A stretch of 64,000 bases of DNA, from NCBI GenBank assembly GCA_951406725.2, contig OX597820.1, positions 112,654,001-112,718,000 of the forward strand, given 5' to 3'. Below, in pieces: positions 62,340 through 64,000 of this stretch. Below the pieces are notes generated by a model. That model saw only the letters and a program-made list of their open reading frames with translations. It was not told the origin of the DNA and searched no databases. Each line of letters opens with the position of its first letter. Position 1 is the stretch's first letter. This stretch comes from Octopus vulgaris (taxonomy: Eukaryota). The translations under genes and the position numbers were made by a program.

Positions 62340-62765
62340 TAAAGGTATGATACTGTGTATGAAGATCAATACTAGAGAGTGGCAATATACAGGAATTGAA
62401 TATGTATAGTGATATGTGAAAGTTAGAAAGAAATGAAACAAGCATGCTTCACTGGATATTAGTGTGCATAAGCAATGGAGCATAAATGGTCTGAGAGAAA
62501 AAACAGGGTATAAGAGGAATTAACTGTTATGTGTATAAGGCTGCACTTGTAGAGACATGTGGCACCTATAGAGGAAGAGGGTGTTGGTTCCAATTGGAAG
62601 GAATCTGCAGAAGAGGAAGACAAGCTTTTAGATGAAGAACTATTTAAGTTGGTTGAACTTCTTGAATGAGATGAGAAGAAACTGCAATATGTAACAAAAC
62701 ACTGTATGGGTGAAGTTTCTCAAAATTCATATCAACATAGAAAAATGGATATAAAATGATGAACT
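62340..62765 (+). mobile_element. RTE LINE 3' remnant
   Basis: RNETSMLHWI..LREK..IRGI-like peptides and decayed RTE tail CATAGAAAAATGGATATAAAATGATGA. Confidence 0.5.
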
Positions 62766-63779
62766 TGCATTTGATGTTAGTATTATGCTTATATATTTGT
62801 ATCTGTGTAGTTCATCTTGTTATTTTAGGGATGTCTGGACTACATTATCCATGACTTCTTTTTAAACCAATAAAAATCTGATATGGCTGATGTTTCTAGT
62901 AACTCATGTGAACACACAGAGGCTTCCTTGTTGGCTCATGTGAATATATTTTTAGCTGGTGAATCAGTGGATGGCTTCAGGCTGCCATTTTTTGACCTTA
63001 ACCTACAGAAGATGGCTGGTCTGGAATGTAAGAAATTTATCAAAGTAGATGCTTAAAGACTCTGACATAAGCTATCAGAGTATTCTATATATTTTTAGGT
63101 AAGGAATTACTGTGACCACCCCTGAGCCACCAAATTATCTCTACTTTTCCACCATTACACATCTCACTCTTTCCCCATGTACTATATTTTCCTTTTCCCA
63201 CCTCCTACCCAACTTCATACCATCTCTCTCCCTCTCATCCTTCTCCTATCTTCTGTATTCTCATTACTATTCTGCTGCTCTTCCACCCCCATTTCTGCAC
63301 TGTCAGTCATTTCATATTCTCCCCTACCTTCCCTAACACATTGGTATCATTTGCTACCTCCATTTCTTTTCCACCATTCACTACATCCATCCCTCAACTC
63401 TACCCAATCATTACTGTTGTTACCTAATCTTTCCCACCACCTCCACTGATCCCTCAACATTTGTTCTTCATTCATTATATTCACCCCCTCACCTGCTCCC
63501 CATATCTCAACCTCCCATATACTCTTACAACCTCTACCCATCCACATCTACCTACCTCATACATTCAGTGTCCACCCTCACACCATTATTTTTATCTTTT
63601 CCAGCCTCACCTTAGTCACTCCCATTCTTTCTTCTATAATCCAAATAGCCATGTAGCTCTTCTACTTGTTCTGCTCTGGACCCTTCTTTCATACTTTAAC
63701 ACCACACCTCCTAGCATAAAGCTGACTCCCTTGAGGGTGGGGTCATAGTCTTGAAAGGTATATGGTGGTACCACTAGAG

Positions 63780-63957
63780 CTGCTGTTATGAAAAAAAGTA
63801 CCCAGTACATATTGTAAATTGGTTAGTGTTTAGAAAGGAATCCAGCAGCAGAAATCATGCCAAAACAGATATTGGAGCCTGATGCACTCTTTGGACCCAT
63901 CAAATCCTCCAACCCATGCTAGCATGGAAGATGGACGTTAAATAATGATAATGATGA
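63780..63957 (+). mobile_element. RTE-tailed SINE family D, 3' part
   Basis: CCAACCCATGCTAGCATGGAAGATGGACGTTAAATAATGAT. Confidence 0.8.
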
Positions 63958-64000
63958 ATTAAATAACTTGTCCTCTGAAGACAAGGCTATTGTAATTTAA

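Noticed and set aside
62829-63098. Possible exon (TTTTAG| ... TAG|GTAAGG) with a 57-codon ORF MADVSSNSCEH..
   Set aside because: The ORF stops before the donor, part of it resembles the repeat at ~8118-8150, and no homology is recognisable

Overview
This window is AT-rich, microsatellite-dense eukaryotic DNA with no recognisable intact host protein-coding gene. The repeat inventory points to a cephalopod, most likely Octopus; that assignment is inferred from the SINE families, not proven. Most ORFs in the track are microsatellite or SINE translations. Real coding remnants are all transposon-derived: a 5'-truncated R4/Dong-clade LINE inserted in an (AAT)n tract (54.8-57.3 kb), an older R4-type fragment, an internally deleted Gypsy LTR element (gag-protease-integrase, 24.8-27.35 kb), a CRE-clade endonuclease fragment, RTE fragments and a tail-to-tail LINE pair. 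The window also holds dozens of tRNA-derived SINEs from 4-5 modular families, TTAA/CCCTT piggyBac-type MITEs and Helitron/Helentron-type elements. The most notable signal is RNA-structural. There are two canonical type I hammerhead ribozyme motifs (47601-47663 and 49299-49341), the first at the end of a ~300-nt structured non-coding unit that may be a retrozyme. Several variant or decayed hammerheads also occur, many at the apex of long inverted repeats that resemble Penelope-like pseudo-LTRs. Other points of interest are a SINE family whose target-site duplications overlap its own GGTA 3' end, a snap-back SINE hairpin, and a CpG-retaining domain (~5-34.6 kb) between CpG-depleted flanks. All calls were made by eye and boundaries of degenerate copies are approximate.
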